From: Corallochytrium limacisporum Hawaii
Taxonomy: Eukaryota; Protista; Pluriformea
Assembly: GCA_002811645.1 (NCBI GenBank)
Contig: PDIP01000059.1
Coordinates: 1 to 64,000 of the forward strand
Length of the DNA: 64,000 nucleotides
Direction: 5' to 3'
In this document: positions 11,324-22,745 of the stretch, in pieces
Position numbering within the stretch: position 1 is the first letter of the stretch
Layout of the letters: each line of letters opens with the position of its first letter
Translations under genes and position numbers: made by a program
The notes under the pieces: generated by a model
Databases searched by the model: none
What the model was told of the DNA's origin: nothing
Seen by the model: only the letters and a program-made list of their open reading frames with translations

Positions 11324-11617
11324 TCACTCCCAGGGAGCAGCAATGATAATGATGACAGCAATGAAGATCAGGACCAGAACAACCAACATGACGTTGAATT
11401 TCATGTTGCGGTACCACATCTTGCGCTTCAGGCGCTTGCTGGTGGTCTGGAAGCGATCTGCTCCGTCGCGCAAGGCCTCAGTCTTGTCGTCGAGGTTCTG
11501 CAGGTTCTCCTCGCGCTCCAGCACCTTGCTCATGTTCTGCTTCATCTGGTCCACGACACCATCGACCTCCTGCTGGGTCTGCTGGAGATTGTCGTTGGGT
11601 GGAGGCACGTCAGACAT
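11324..11617 (-). CDS. VAMP: Synaptobrevin/VAMP short R-SNARE
   Basis: QQEVDGVVDQMKQNMSKVLEREENLQNLDDKTEALRDGADRF SNARE helix with the zero-layer R, RKMWYRN, and a C-terminal TM helix. Confidence 0.95.
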   Translation of the reverse strand: MSDVPPPNDNLQQTQQEVDGVVDQMKQNMSKVLEREENLQNLDDKTEALRDGADRFQTTSKRLKRKMWYRNMKFNVMLVVLVLIFIAVIIIIAAPWE

Positions 11618-11881
11618 GGTGGTAGTTTATTGTGTTTGACTAGGACTGGTGTTCTTTACGGTTACCCGGGAAGTTTCCTGTACAGTGTCTACGATTCAAC
11701 ATTTTGACTTTCATACTCAACAAGAGATCAATGGTGTTTCATACCTTGAAGACCCTGCCAACCATGCGTCAAAACACACACGTACTCATGAACACCAAAA
11801 GCATATCAATCGCAACTAAGACCTCACCAAAACGGCAACATGAATGAAAACTTCAGACGCCGGTACAACAACCCCCCCCCC

Positions 11882-12176
11882 NNNNNNNNNNNNNNNNNNN
11901 NNNNNNNNNNNNNNNNNNNNNNNNNNNNNNNNNNNNNNNNNNNNNNNNNNNNNNNNNNNNNNNNNNNNNNNNNNNNNNNNNNNNNNNNNNNNNNNNNNNN
12001 NNNNNNNNNNNNNNNNNNNNNNNNNNNNNNNNNNNNNNNNNNNNNNNNNNNNNNNNNNNNNNNNNNNNNNNNNNNNNNNNNNNNNNNNNNNNNNNNNNNN
12101 NNNNNNNNNNNNNNNNNNNNNNNNNNNNNNNNNNNNNNNNNNNNNNNNNNNNNNNNNNNNNNNNNNNNNNNNNNNN
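11882..12176. other. Assembly gap (295 N) entered through a C10 run
   Basis: N run flanked by C-rich sequence. Confidence 0.99.
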
Positions 12177-12363
12177 CCTCCCCTCCCTCTTTCGCACTCC
12201 CCCCACCACCCCCCTCCCCTTCCTTCAGCCTTCGCCTCGCCTCCATTCGCTGCCCCGCCCGTGGCTCCGGCACCCCAACGAGCGCGGTCGCTACTGTCTC
12301 AGCCTCTTCCGCAGAACAACACCCGCTTAGCTAGGGGGGCCCAGGTGTGTGTTGCAGGCTTTT

Positions 12364-12366
<3 letters not shown>

Positions 12367-12397
<31 letters not shown>
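12367..12397. repeat. (TG)15 microsatellite
   Basis: Read directly from the sequence. Confidence 0.95.
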
Positions 12398-12398
<1 letters not shown>

Positions 12399-13311
12399 TC
12401 CTTTTCTTTAGGTTCTATTTTTTTTTGTTTTTTTTTGTTGGTTCGTTCCCGTCCGTGGAAGTGTTGGCCCCGTGGTGGTCGTTCATGCAAACCCCCCCGG
12501 GGTCCTCCTCTCTCCCTCCTCCCCTATTTGTCTCCTTGCGGACGGTCCATACGTTTGCTATGATGATCTTTGGGAACAAAAGTTGAAAAAAGAGGGACTC
12601 GTCGTTCCCGGCTCTTCCGCCCTTCTCCCCGCTCGCTGGGGGGAGAGGGGGCAAAGGGCGCGCCAGGGGTGTAGGAAAGATACCGATTCATCTATGATTC
12701 AAGCACGCAAGGGCAATGGTTAACTTTTCCTCGTATTCTTTTTGGGAGAGAGAGAGAGAGACAGAGATGCGCGATAAGGAACCATAGAAGAAGTAGAACA
12801 TTGTGGAAATTCACAAGTAGAGTTTATTTTTTTTGGCCCCCCCCCGGGGCCTGGGGAGAGGGGGAGGGAGGAGGAGGAGCAAATTGGCAGATGGCATGGC
12901 TTGCACGCATTGCGTGCCTGTGTGTTTTGGTGAGGCGTGACGTACGGTCGTTTCCGTTAATTACCCCTCTCTCTCTGTCGCTCTCTCTGTATTCCGTGCC
13001 TCTGTGCGGTGCCCGGCTCCCCAGTGGACCAGTCAGTACCAAAAGGAATACAAAAATAGAGGAAAACGACGCAGTTCTTCCTAAAAAAGCCAATGGCTCT
13101 CTCTCTCTCTCTCCATTTCTCTCTGTTTTTTTTGGGCAAAGCCCATGGGTGCACCACCACCACCAATGGCTCCCCTTTCTTGTTCTTTTTTTTTAAGAAT
13201 CGACGACGTTCTCTCATATTTTATTTTTTAGTCTTCCTTTTTCCTGGGACTCTCTGTCCCTCATTGTCGCGAGGCTTACCCGCTGCGCCGTACAAAAAGT
13301 ATTTCTTTTTC

Positions 13312-13314
<3 letters not shown>

Positions 13315-13362
<48 letters not shown>
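13315..13362. repeat. (GA)24 microsatellite
   Basis: Read directly from the sequence. Confidence 0.95.
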
Positions 13363-13367
<5 letters not shown>

Positions 13368-16300
13368 GCCAACGCAACGTACGACTTCCGGAACAGCCGC
13401 CGACGCTGTTGGGCCCGGGTGGTGAAAGAATTGAAGGATCCTACACGGCCGCGCTTGAAAAAATAAAAGAAAAAACAGAAAATCCCGGTCTCTGCGGAGG
13501 ACTAAGGAACGACCGCCGCGGGCGGGCGGGAGGGGAGGGGCTTCTCATCACCCCTCCCTCCTTTCTCTGGCCTGCCAGTACTGGGCCGCTTGTGCCCCAC
13601 CACCACCGCCGCTGAAGAAAACAAGGAGAAGGCACTGAAGAACAGAGGCGGGTCAGTCAGACACACACAGACACACACACGCACGGAGTGAAAACGAAGA
13701 AACAGCAACCAAAGAAAATTGCTGGTTTGAATGAAAAGAGAGACGGTGTTTAGAGCGGAAGGGAGGGGCTGTCATATTTTTCCCTTGTGCACGTACTCGC
13801 CATCTCTCTCTCTCTCTCTCTCATTCTCTCAATACGCGTTGTCCTTTTTAGGGAACCTTGGAGTTAAGTAATGAATATACCAGGACAAATTAGAGACGGG
13901 CAAGGAATTCAAGTGACATATGGCACGGCCAGAACCGAGGTCTGAGGAGAAGTAAAGTAAGAACCAAACAAGTCAACACCCAGGTCAATAATAAATAAGA
14001 AAGAATTTTTGTAGAAAACGTGGCTGTAGTAGTGGTGAGGAATCCACGGAACGTGATAGTAGGGACGCTTTCCGGGACATTTTCTTCCTCTTTCTGCTCC
14101 GACGAGGGGGTGTTGGCGGGTGGAGTCCTTGTCTCTCATCATCCGTTTCTCCGAAGGGCCCGTGTACCACAACACACCGGTTCAGTATGGAAAATGTTCC
14201 AGTGTTATTTTTCCAGACCATGGTCTGGTGTCGGTGTCGGTGCCGGTGCCTTTCTTTTGTTTCCTTCGTTGCAAGGCCTTCTTCGAGGATCATAAAAGAA
14301 CACGGAACGGCGCGCGATCGCATCACCGATCGCGCTCTACGCCTTTGGACTTGGGGGTCAGGTACCGTGGCCGGTGCCGCGTTTGTGGTGTGTACTGCCA
14401 TCGCAAAGGTGTGCGCCCGTGTGCGGTCCACGGTCGCCAAGTAGTGGAGCAGGACCGGTGCAAGAAGACATGTGCCCATACACAGAATTCACGGATTGAG
14501 TAGCGGGGAAGGTGATCTTCGGGCTGCGCGAATCGAATCTTGGACCATCTATACACACACAGAGCACATGGGAAACGGTTGGTAGGAACATGGTAGATCC
14601 GCACTGCGGGATGCCCAGAGAGCGTCAGAGTAAATACCCGAGCAGCAAGAGTTCCCTCTTTGTGTTTTTTTAGCTCACCGTTCCAAAACCCTGCGAAGTT
14701 TTTTACCACCCCTCCCCTTTTTCCCGCCCCCTTGGGAGGTGGTGATGCTGTAGCCAGTATTGCTCTGCCTGGGAGAACCCGCAAAGAGCAAGAACACAAT
14801 TAGCGGGACTTTTTTTGGGCAACCATCTGCGCTGCTGGTGCTGCGCCCTTTTGTCTCCCCCCCCCCCACCTCACCCACCACGCAAGCCTTCGTAAAGCCA
14901 CCAACGGTAACTAATGAAAACAGAAGGAGACCAATCGCTACTAAACTATCGGTATATTGTGCGCTTTAAGCATGCCATGCCGAAGGCCGTCCATGTCACC
15001 TCTCACTCCCTCTTTTTATTTTCTATTTTCTGCTTTTATTTAAACGCCCCGCTGGCGCGCGCCCAACGCTTTCGCATGTTGTTCCTTTGTGGGCGTTCGG
15101 ACTGGCTGGCTGCTGCCGCCGGTTTTTGTGTGTGTGTGTGTGTGTTCGACCCGGGCAGCCTGATCCCAGCGACAGTGGAGGTTGGTTTGGTTTTCGCTTC
15201 TGGTTTTTATATTGGCCCCGTGAGAAGGGGGAGGGTGTGTGTGTGCATGCTTAAAGGGTCCACACACACACACACACACACGCACCAGCCATCCACGACA
15301 TTCGGGCCATAATGCTGCCACTTTTTCTTTTTCAGCTGAGACGACATTCTGCTGTGTGTGGGTCCGGCACGGTGGCTTTCTTTGCCTTTTCTCTTTGCCC
15401 TTCTTTGCTGCCATGCCCGTTTGGGGTCCTCTCTCTCTCTCTCTCGCTCTTTCCCCGACGCGCGCAAGGGGGGGGGGTGCCTGTGTTGCGGCGGTGGGTG
15501 ACTTCCGTGTGTGTGTGTGTGCGGGGCACAATTTGTAAATTTTCTTGGCACTGCTCTTCTAACCAATCACCGCAAAGAACGAAGCGTCCCGCTGGTCACT
15601 GGCTGATCTGCTTTCCAAGGCGGAAGTGGGAGGGGACGGGGAGAAGGAGTGTATGTGTGTGCGTGCGGTGCGAGTGTGAGTTTGGGTTGGTACCAAAGAG
15701 CCTAATGATTTTCTCAAAGAATACCAAAAAAGAAAGAAAGTGGAAAGTAAACCCACAAAGTCAGGGACGAATGGGCAAAAAGGAAAAAAAATAGTGACTG
15801 GCGAAGACAGGAGACCCTGTTACCAGCTTGCACTACGGGCAAAGAAAGAATACAGAATTGTGTGAGGGACGATACAGAACCAGTGAAGAAAATCAGAAGA
15901 GAGTAAGGACAAGCGACACAAAAGTGGAAAGATCACCTGAAAGAGAGAAAGCACCTAGTCCTAGCCCTCCCCGCCTCCCCCCAAAAACGAGGTAGTGAAC
16001 AAAAGGCAAGGGAAAGAAGAAGAAAAGGTGGCTACGAAAGACAGGGAGGCAAACACAACAGAGGAAAAACAAAGGATCCCAGAAAACTGAGTAGTCACGA
16101 GCCCGGAAAGGCCCGGCCCGCCCCTCCCTTCCAAAAGGCCAACAACAAAAAAAGGATACTTTCTGTTTTAACTGCAAAGGAAAGAAAAAATGAAAAAAAA
16201 AAAAGCGGGAGAGATTATCAGCCGAACGTTAAGACTTTTCGTCTTTTTTCCGCCCTTCCCTCTCTCGTGATCGGCCGGGGACCGGTCTCCACCGTCTCCG

Positions 16301-16820
16301 CTCCCCTCCCTCCCCCCCTTTCTCCCCGAAGCACACACTTTCGCCCAGCTACCAGCACTTCAGAAGGGCCTCTGTTACCCACCCTGCCGTCTTCGTTGGT
16401 AGTGTAAACAGTACTAAACTGGGGGACCCAGCAGCGGACGCACACGAGGAGTACCCTCGTCTCCCTTGGCCCGACCGCGGTTTAACTTCCTTTTTTCCTT
16501 TTGTTTTCTTTGGTCGGTGTTGGGGGGGTGTGTGTTAGCAAACCCAAAGAAAAAAAAAACAATTTCCCGGCCCCGGAACGTGCCCAGCCTTTCATCGTTT
16601 CTGAAATCATGGGAATATAACTGACCCCTAACTATATAAATAATACGAATTAAACGGGGCACCAGCACCCCCCCCGGGGGTTCCCTCCCTCCCTCTCGCC
16701 TTTTTCTTTTTGCTGGAGCTGTGAGGGGTCCTCCTTCCCCCAAGGCTGTATTGAGCTTTTCCCATACTGAAACTACCGAGCTGGGCACGGCCTGTGGTAC
16801 TGAATCTACCACACAGCAGG

Positions 16821-16834
16821 TTTTCGCGCGAAAA
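16821..16834. promoter_or_regulatory. Palindromic E2F-type site TTTTCGCGCGAAAA upstream of MSH3
   Basis: Perfect 14-bp palindrome matching TTTSSCGC on both strands, about 270 bp before the MSH3 ATG. Confidence 0.55.
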
Positions 16835-17097
16835 AGCCAGTGGACCCAAAGGGAGAGTGTGTGTTGGGGTCCTCCTCTCCCTGCGAACCACACTCACCGT
16901 TTGGGAGTGGCTGAGTTAACGATGGCGATGACTATTTGAGAAACGACTGCTTGAAGACCTGATCAGTTGTGCGCAGGGTGCTTCTATTGAATAAATGGTG
17001 GTGAGAGTTCATTGATTGATCCTACCAGAGAACAATGTGGAAGCACATTTGAGCGGAGATACGTGACTAGAAGGAGCTCTAGGCCAGGAACAAGACC

Positions 17098-20000
17098 ATG
17101 CCGGCGATGGCGAAACAGCCGGCAGGCGGCGGTTCGAAGCGCTTGTCGCTGGACAAGCTCAAGCAACCCCAGAAACAAACGTCGCTGATGGGATTCTTCA
17201 AAAAGGCGACCTTGGAGCCAGCAGAGAAAAAAGCACAGCCAGTGATTCCTGCTGAACCGGCCGGGGAGTCCGAGCGCGCACAGATCGCCACTCCAGTGGC
17301 AAGGAAGCGTGAGTGTACCTCGCAGGATAGCGAACCTTTGTCCAAGAAGAACAAAACAGATCACATGGACAGCCCGAAACCCGTGGATGGACCAAGGACC
17401 ACGGAGTTGTCCGAGAGTAGTGCCGAGGATGGGGACGCACCGGCACAAATCGATAGGTCTCACTTGCGGCGCTTTGCTAGGCCAACCAAAATGAAGGATG
17501 AGAACGATAGCGATGATGACAAGCATGAGGTCCAGGCTGCCACCTCATCCGCAAAGCCCGTTTCGGCACGCTCCGGGAGAAGAAGCTCGGGCGGAGCCCG
17601 TGCCAAGGCAGGCCAACCCAATCCTACCAAGGAAGAATTGCATGATCAGTTCGCAGTGCTTGCGGCAACGGGACCAGCGGGAGGAGAACGTGGAATAGCT
17701 TACCCTGACGAGGGAGATAAATATCATCGCCGTCGCGATCCGAATGCCGTGGTCGGTAAGCCCCTGCTTGTGGATCCCAAGGCCACCTACACCCCCCTCG
17801 AGCAACAGTTCATTGACATTAAGCGAAAGAATCTGGATGCCCTCCTGTTTGTGGAAACGGGCTACAAGTACCGCTTCTTGGGGGATGATGCCGAAGTGGC
17901 AAGTCGGGAGCTCGGTATTTTCTGTCACTGGGACAAGAACTTCATGACAGCGTCCATTCCCACCCATCGTCTGTATCACCACGTCCGGCGATTGGTCAAC
18001 AAGGGCTTCAAAGTAGGAGTAGTCCGGCAGACTGAAACGGCTGCCATCAAAGCTGCTGGATCCAACAAATCAAAACCGTTCACTAGGGAGCTGAAGGAGC
18101 TTTACACCCGATCAACACTGCTTGTCAATGACAGCGCAATCTCCGATGATCATATGGGAGCAGAGAGCTGCGATCTCATGGCCATCTTCGATTCCAGGGG
18201 ACACTCTTACTTCACCGGCGAAGACCTGGGATACAGTGGCGGCATCGGCGTCGTCTGCATCAATCCTTCTACAGGTGACATTCGCTATGAAACCGTTCCG
18301 CACACAGCCGGTATGGATGTGCTCGAAAGCGTGCTGGTACAGATTCAACCGGGCGAGATCATCTATCCACACAGCATAAGCAAAGAGACCCGGGCGGCTA
18401 TTCAAGCGGCAGTGGGCCAGCGACCCAAGGACAATGCCATCCGAGTAGAGGCATGCGATGACAAGGTCTTTGATCCGGAGAATGCAAAGACCGGCATGCA
18501 GACGTTTTACTCCTTCTTGCTTGATGATGCGAAGAAGGGATCACCACTCCGGAAAACCAATGCTGCCAAGACAGACGATGCGAAGCCGAAGTATGAGCTG
18601 CTGACCAATGAGACCTTGGAACTCCAAACGGCATGGATGGCACTGATCCATTATCTGCGAAAGTTCAATATTGAAGCTAGCATGATGCTCACTGGCAACA
18701 TGGGTGGGATCAAGACGCGTTCTACGCTTCGTCTTCACGGCAAGACACTCCAGAACTTGGAGATCTTTGCCAATGAAGACACAGGAAAAGAATTTGGGAG
18801 CCTTTTCTGGCTCATGAACAATACGAAGACAAAATTCGGTGCTCGACTTCTGAGGAAATGGATCGCTGCGCCATTGAGGGACACGGATGCCATCAACCTG
18901 AGGGTGGCAACTGTGGAATTGATCTATGAAGATGAGTCCGAGAGACTTCGCAAATTGATCAACGGTCTCACACAGCTACCCGATCTCCAGCGCGGCCTGC
19001 AACGGATCTACTATGCAAATGCGAGTCCTCAGGAAACGCTAGCCATCCTTCGCAAGCTTTTGACCCTAAGCGATCAGTTCCATATCCATGGCAAGGCACT
19101 GACTGACGAAGATACTACTGAACTCCTGAACCAGATCCTCTCGTGCGGCAGTGAGCAGTTGAGCGATTTCTTACAACAGTGTCTCAGTGAATTGCAGGAC
19201 GAGGCTGCCGCGGACAGAGACAAGCGCAATTTTTTTACTGAAGAGTCTGAGGGCATCAGAAATGCTAAGGGTCACATTGCAGACGTCATGACCGCACTGA
19301 AAAGGGAACTCAAAGCATGTCGAGATATTCTTGGACTAGCATCTTTGGAATATGTCTCGGTTCTACAAACCGAGTTCCTGGTTGAGGTTCCCAATTCCAT
19401 GAACAAATTGGTGCCAAAAACCTGGATGAAGATGTCGGCGACCAAAAAAGTCAGTCGGTACCACAGTCCCAAGATCATTGACTTGGTGCAGGACCTGAAC
19501 ATGTGGCGGGAGCACTTGGATGCGGAGGCAAACAAGCAATGGCGGGAGTACCTTGAACGGGTCAGCTCCCATTACGATGCCCTAAGAGACCTCATCGATG
19601 GTGCAGCGCAGCTGGACTGCCTACAGTCCTTGGCAGCGTGCTCGAAGCAAGATGGTTATTGTCGCCCTGAGGCAGACGCAGTCGAAACTGCGTACCTCGA
19701 CGCCAAGGACGCCAAACACCCCACAGTGTCGGCACAAATGACTGACGAATACGTGCCGAATAACATTTACCTCAACAAGAAGGACCAGCGCAGTCTTATC
19801 ATCACTGGTCCGAATATGGGAGGCAAGAGTTCCTTGATCCGCATGACTGCGTTGTTGATCATCATGGCGCAGGTCGGATGCTATGTGCCATGCTCAGAAA
19901 TGAAATACGGCGTCTACGATGCCATTCACACGCGAATGGGCTCCAGTGACGACCTCCTGCGCCAACAGTCGACTTTCATGGTCGAAATGGACGAGGCCAG

Positions 20001-20583
20001 CACAGCTCTGAAAGACGCAAGTTGCGATTCCTTGATTATTATGGACGAACTCGGCCGCGGCACCAGTACCCATGATGGTATGGCGGTGGCTTGGGCGACC
20101 ATGAAGTACTTGATCGAACGTAAGCGGTGTTGCACTCTCTTTGTTACACACTATCCCATGCTCGGGGCCCTGGAACACACTCACGCACCAGCTGCCAAGA
20201 ACTACCACATGGGCTTCATCACCGACGACGTGCAGGACGATGCGGAGCAGGACAGCCACGCGATCCACTTTCTCTACCAGCTCAAACCAGGCCTGGCGAT
20301 GAAGTCCTACGGTCTGAATGTGGCACGCCTTGCTCACCTACCAAAGGCCGTCATTGATCGTGCATCGCAAAAGAGTGCGGAATTGGAGCAATTCACATAT
20401 GCACGTCTGCGGAATCGTCAGCGAACCAAGCACCATCTGATCGCTTTGGCGAAGCTGGCCGGTGCCCTACCGCAGCCCGATGATGGGGAACAGACTGGGG
20501 ATTCTAATGAAAAGGATGATGCGGACTTCAGCGGCGTGCTAAAGGTCCTGCGAGAATCTGATCTGGACACACTCTTGTCGTGA
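17098..20583 (+). CDS. MSH3: DNA mismatch repair protein MSH3 (MutS-beta subunit)
   Basis: N-terminal PIP box QTSLMGFF. YTPLEQQ and ETGYKYRF (MSH3-type mismatch-binding domain), ASIPTHRL, Walker A TGPNMGGKS, STFMVEM, DELGRGTST, SYGLNVARLA. Confidence 0.96.
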   Translation: MPAMAKQPAGGGSKRLSLDKLKQPQKQTSLMGFFKKATLEPAEKKAQPVIPAEPAGESERAQIATPVARKRECTSQDSEPLSKKNKTDHMDSPKPVDGPRTTELSESSAEDGDAPAQIDRSHLRRFARPTKMKDENDSDDDKHEVQAATSSAKPVSARSGRRSSGGARAKAGQPNPTKEELHDQFAVLAATGPAGGERGIAYPDEGDKYHRRRDPNAVVGKPLLVDPKATYTPLEQQFIDIKRKNLDALLFVETGYKYRFLGDDAEVASRELGIFCHWDKNFMTASIPTHRLYHHVRRLVNKGFKVGVVRQTETAAIKAAGSNKSKPFTRELKELYTRSTLLVNDSAISDDHMGAESCDLMAIFDSRGHSYFTGEDLGYSGGIGVVCINPSTGDIRYETVPHTAGMDVLESVLVQIQPGEIIYPHSISKETRAAIQAAVGQRPKDNAIRVEACDDKVFDPENAKTGMQTFYSFLLDDAKKGSPLRKTNAAKTDDAKPKYELLTNETLELQTAWMALIHYLRKFNIEASMMLTGNMGGIKTRSTLRLHGKTLQNLEIFANEDTGKEFGSLFWLMNNTKTKFGARLLRKWIAAPLRDTDAINLRVATVELIYEDESERLRKLINGLTQLPDLQRGLQRIYYANASPQETLAILRKLLTLSDQFHIHGKALTDEDTTELLNQILSCGSEQLSDFLQQCLSELQDEAAADRDKRNFFTEESEGIRNAKGHIADVMTALKRELKACRDILGLASLEYVSVLQTEFLVEVPNSMNKLVPKTWMKMSATKKVSRYHSPKIIDLVQDLNMWREHLDAEANKQWREYLERVSSHYDALRDLIDGAAQLDCLQSLAACSKQDGYCRPEADAVETAYLDAKDAKHPTVSAQMTDEYVPNNIYLNKKDQRSLIITGPNMGGKSSLIRMTALLIIMAQVGCYVPCSEMKYGVYDAIHTRMGSSDDLLRQQSTFMVEMDEASTALKDASCDSLIIMDELGRGTSTHDGMAVAWATMKYLIERKRCCTLFVTHYPMLGALEHTHAPAAKNYHMGFITDDVQDDAEQDSHAIHFLYQLKPGLAMKSYGLNVARLAHLPKAVIDRASQKSAELEQFTYARLRNRQRTKHHLIALAKLAGALPQPDDGEQTGDSNEKDDADFSGVLKVLRESDLDTLLS

Positions 20584-20669
20584 GTTACTGACTACTACAT
20601 GTAGTAATGTACATAGACTACTTATTTTTTCACTATGTCAATCAATTGGTTTCCAATGCTCCGTTATTC

Positions 20670-22745
20670 TTATGCCTTTATGGCCTTTGTTACGGTGCCC
20701 TGCACCGACTTCGGAATGTCGCTAGCCTTGACAGCCTTCAGGCTCTTCTTCACAGCACCACTGGCCTTCTTGCTTGAGTCCTGCTCCACTAGAGCAACGC
20801 AGACCAGCGCATGGGGCGCCGACTTGGTAGCCATCTCCACAAAGATGTCCTCTCCACTCTGTGCCTGCAAAGGTTCCAACAGAAGGTCAGCAAAGCAAGG
20901 ATCGAAATCGCTACCTTCCTCTTTGATGAGCATCTTCAGACCGCGACTGAGGTCGGCGAACACTGGGGAACGCACCAACGAGGCGGCCCTCACGGCAAAC
21001 TTCTCTCGCAGCTCTGAAGTCGCGACCATGGCGTTCCGCATGCATTCGACCACGACATTACGGCAGTGCATTTCCTTTAGCCATTCTTCTGGAAAGCCGG
21101 AGGTGAGCAGTGTCTTGGGCAGGAACTTCTTCACCACGGTCAGCACCTCACTGCGACGTTTCTCTGCGTCCTTCTTAGAGTTTGGATTGCCGTCCGCGAC
21201 GGCCAGCGTGTCGACGTGTACCTTGGGCAGGTATCCCAGCTTCGTGCACCGTGGGTTCAGCAGCTCTAGCAGGACGTAACAGTAGTATCGATCCGTCATG
21301 GTTTCCTCAGCAAGGGCCAGCAACGGCTTTAGCACAGACTTCTCGAGAAGGACGGTGTCATCCACCTGTTCACACAGGCACATAAGCACAAAACAGCCAT
21401 ATTCGTTGGTTGCAATGCGTCCGATAAAGTCCTTGCAGGCCTTGATAATGGCCTTGCGCTCTTTTGCGTTGCTGCGGGCAATCAGGCGGATAGCAGTTTC
21501 CATGCCATTGCGTGTGTGCAGGAACTCGGGCACAACCTCTGCAAGGATATCCACAACCGCATCCCGTTCGTTGCCATCCCGGGCGTGCTTGATCAGATCC
21601 AGAGCTAGCACATGCACCACCTGGCGCTGCACTCCATTCTTCTCTACAATGGTCTTCAGGGTGCTTATCAAACCTTGCACAATGCTCTTTGCCATATCGG
21701 GCTGTTCCTTCAGGGCCTGCTCTAGAGACGGTGCGGCATTTTCGCTCTGACCCTGCATGAGAACGCTGAAGTGAGGCCCGTACAGAGTGCGTAGCATGGA
21801 ATGCTTCTCCTTGGCAGTACCGTGGTGGTATGCCAACTCCATGACCTCAGAGGCTTCCTTGGACGCAAGCAGTTTTCGCGTGTGCGGGATCAGCTCGTTG
21901 ATAGCCTCCAGACGCTGCGCCTTAGAGCAGGCTGTGATGATTTTCATGAGACAGTACTTGCCGTATTTTGTTTTCGAAGCCATGTCCTGCATATGACCCT
22001 TCAATTCTTTAATGATCAACCCCCGTTGCTCTTCAGTAGCCTCCTTAACACAGTACTGTACAATGCGACTGCCGTCATGCTTGAAGACAATTTCTTCGAC
22101 ATGCCCTTGCATTTCTTCACACATTTCACGTACTGCCTCGTGCACATCCTTCTTAGTGGCATCACGGTCACTGCGAATCTTCTCCCACATTTTCTTTAGC
22201 TTTTCCACTCGCTCGTAGCCACCAGCACGTTCACGCCGCAGAGCAGGCTGTTCCTTGCCTTCACCATCGGGTTTCTGTTTCTTGAATGGTGCGCTGGGCC
22301 CTCCATCTGCCTTGCGCTTATTAGTAAAATTGGTCTGTTTCTTAGCATAACCTCCAGTGCTGGTGGTCCCGTTCATGCTGGGTTTCTGTGGGCCCCCGAC
22401 GGATGATCCACTGCGTCCCTTTAAGCCACCACGGCCACCACCGTGGCCACCACGACCACTAGCACGGGACCCACCGCGGCCACCACGACCACTAGCACGG
22501 GACCCACCGCGGCCACCACGACCACTAGCACGNNNNNNNNNNNNNNNNNNNNNNNNNNNNNNNNNNNNNNNNNNNNNNNNNNNNNNNNNNNNNNNNNNNN
22601 NNNTAGCACGGGACCCACCGCGGCCACCACGACCACTAGCACGGGACCCACCGCGGCCACCACGACCACTAGCACGGGACCCACCGCGACTGGGACCACG
22701 GCCACCACCGCGGCCACCGCGACCTCCTCCACGAGGCTTTGGCAT
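20670..22745 (-). CDS. PUM3: Pumilio homology protein PUM3/Puf6 with RGG-repeat N-terminus (spans an N gap)
   Basis: FKHDGSRIVQYCVK, KYGKYCLMK, AKERKAIIK, VDDTVL and CPL-like SKKDAEKRRSE. Confidence 0.88.
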   Translation of the reverse strand: MPKPRGGGRGGRGGGRGPSRGGSRASGRGGRGGSRASGRGGRGGSRAXXXXXXXXXXXXXXXXXXXXXXXXRASGRGGRGGSRASGRGGRGGSRASGRGGHGGGRGGLKGRSGSSVGGPQKPSMNGTTSTGGYAKKQTNFTNKRKADGGPSAPFKKQKPDGEGKEQPALRRERAGGYERVEKLKKMWEKIRSDRDATKKDVHEAVREMCEEMQGHVEEIVFKHDGSRIVQYCVKEATEEQRGLIIKELKGHMQDMASKTKYGKYCLMKIITACSKAQRLEAINELIPHTRKLLASKEASEVMELAYHHGTAKEKHSMLRTLYGPHFSVLMQGQSENAAPSLEQALKEQPDMAKSIVQGLISTLKTIVEKNGVQRQVVHVLALDLIKHARDGNERDAVVDILAEVVPEFLHTRNGMETAIRLIARSNAKERKAIIKACKDFIGRIATNEYGCFVLMCLCEQVDDTVLLEKSVLKPLLALAEETMTDRYYCYVLLELLNPRCTKLGYLPKVHVDTLAVADGNPNSKKDAEKRRSEVLTVVKKFLPKTLLTSGFPEEWLKEMHCRNVVVECMRNAMVATSELREKFAVRAASLVRSPVFADLSRGLKMLIKEEGSDFDPCFADLLLEPLQAQSGEDIFVEMATKSAPHALVCVALVEQDSSKKASGAVKKSLKAVKASDIPKSVQGTVTKAIKA
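22445..22688 (-). repeat. 33-bp coding tandem repeat (RASGRGGRGGS)n, interrupted by N gap 22533-22603
   Basis: Unit ctagcacgggacccaccgcggccaccacgacca recurs at 22459, 22492, 22525, about 22603, 22636 and 22669. Confidence 0.93.

Noticed and set aside
14360-14425. CRVCGVYCHRK resembling half a C1 zinc finger
   Set aside because: Other ligands and an ATG-initiated context are missing; it is likely chance in TG-rich DNA.
20635-21279. Long antisense ORFs over PUM3 (also over the desaturase, TSP1 gene and RUVBL2)
   Set aside because: Shadow ORFs caused by codon bias of the real gene on the opposite strand.
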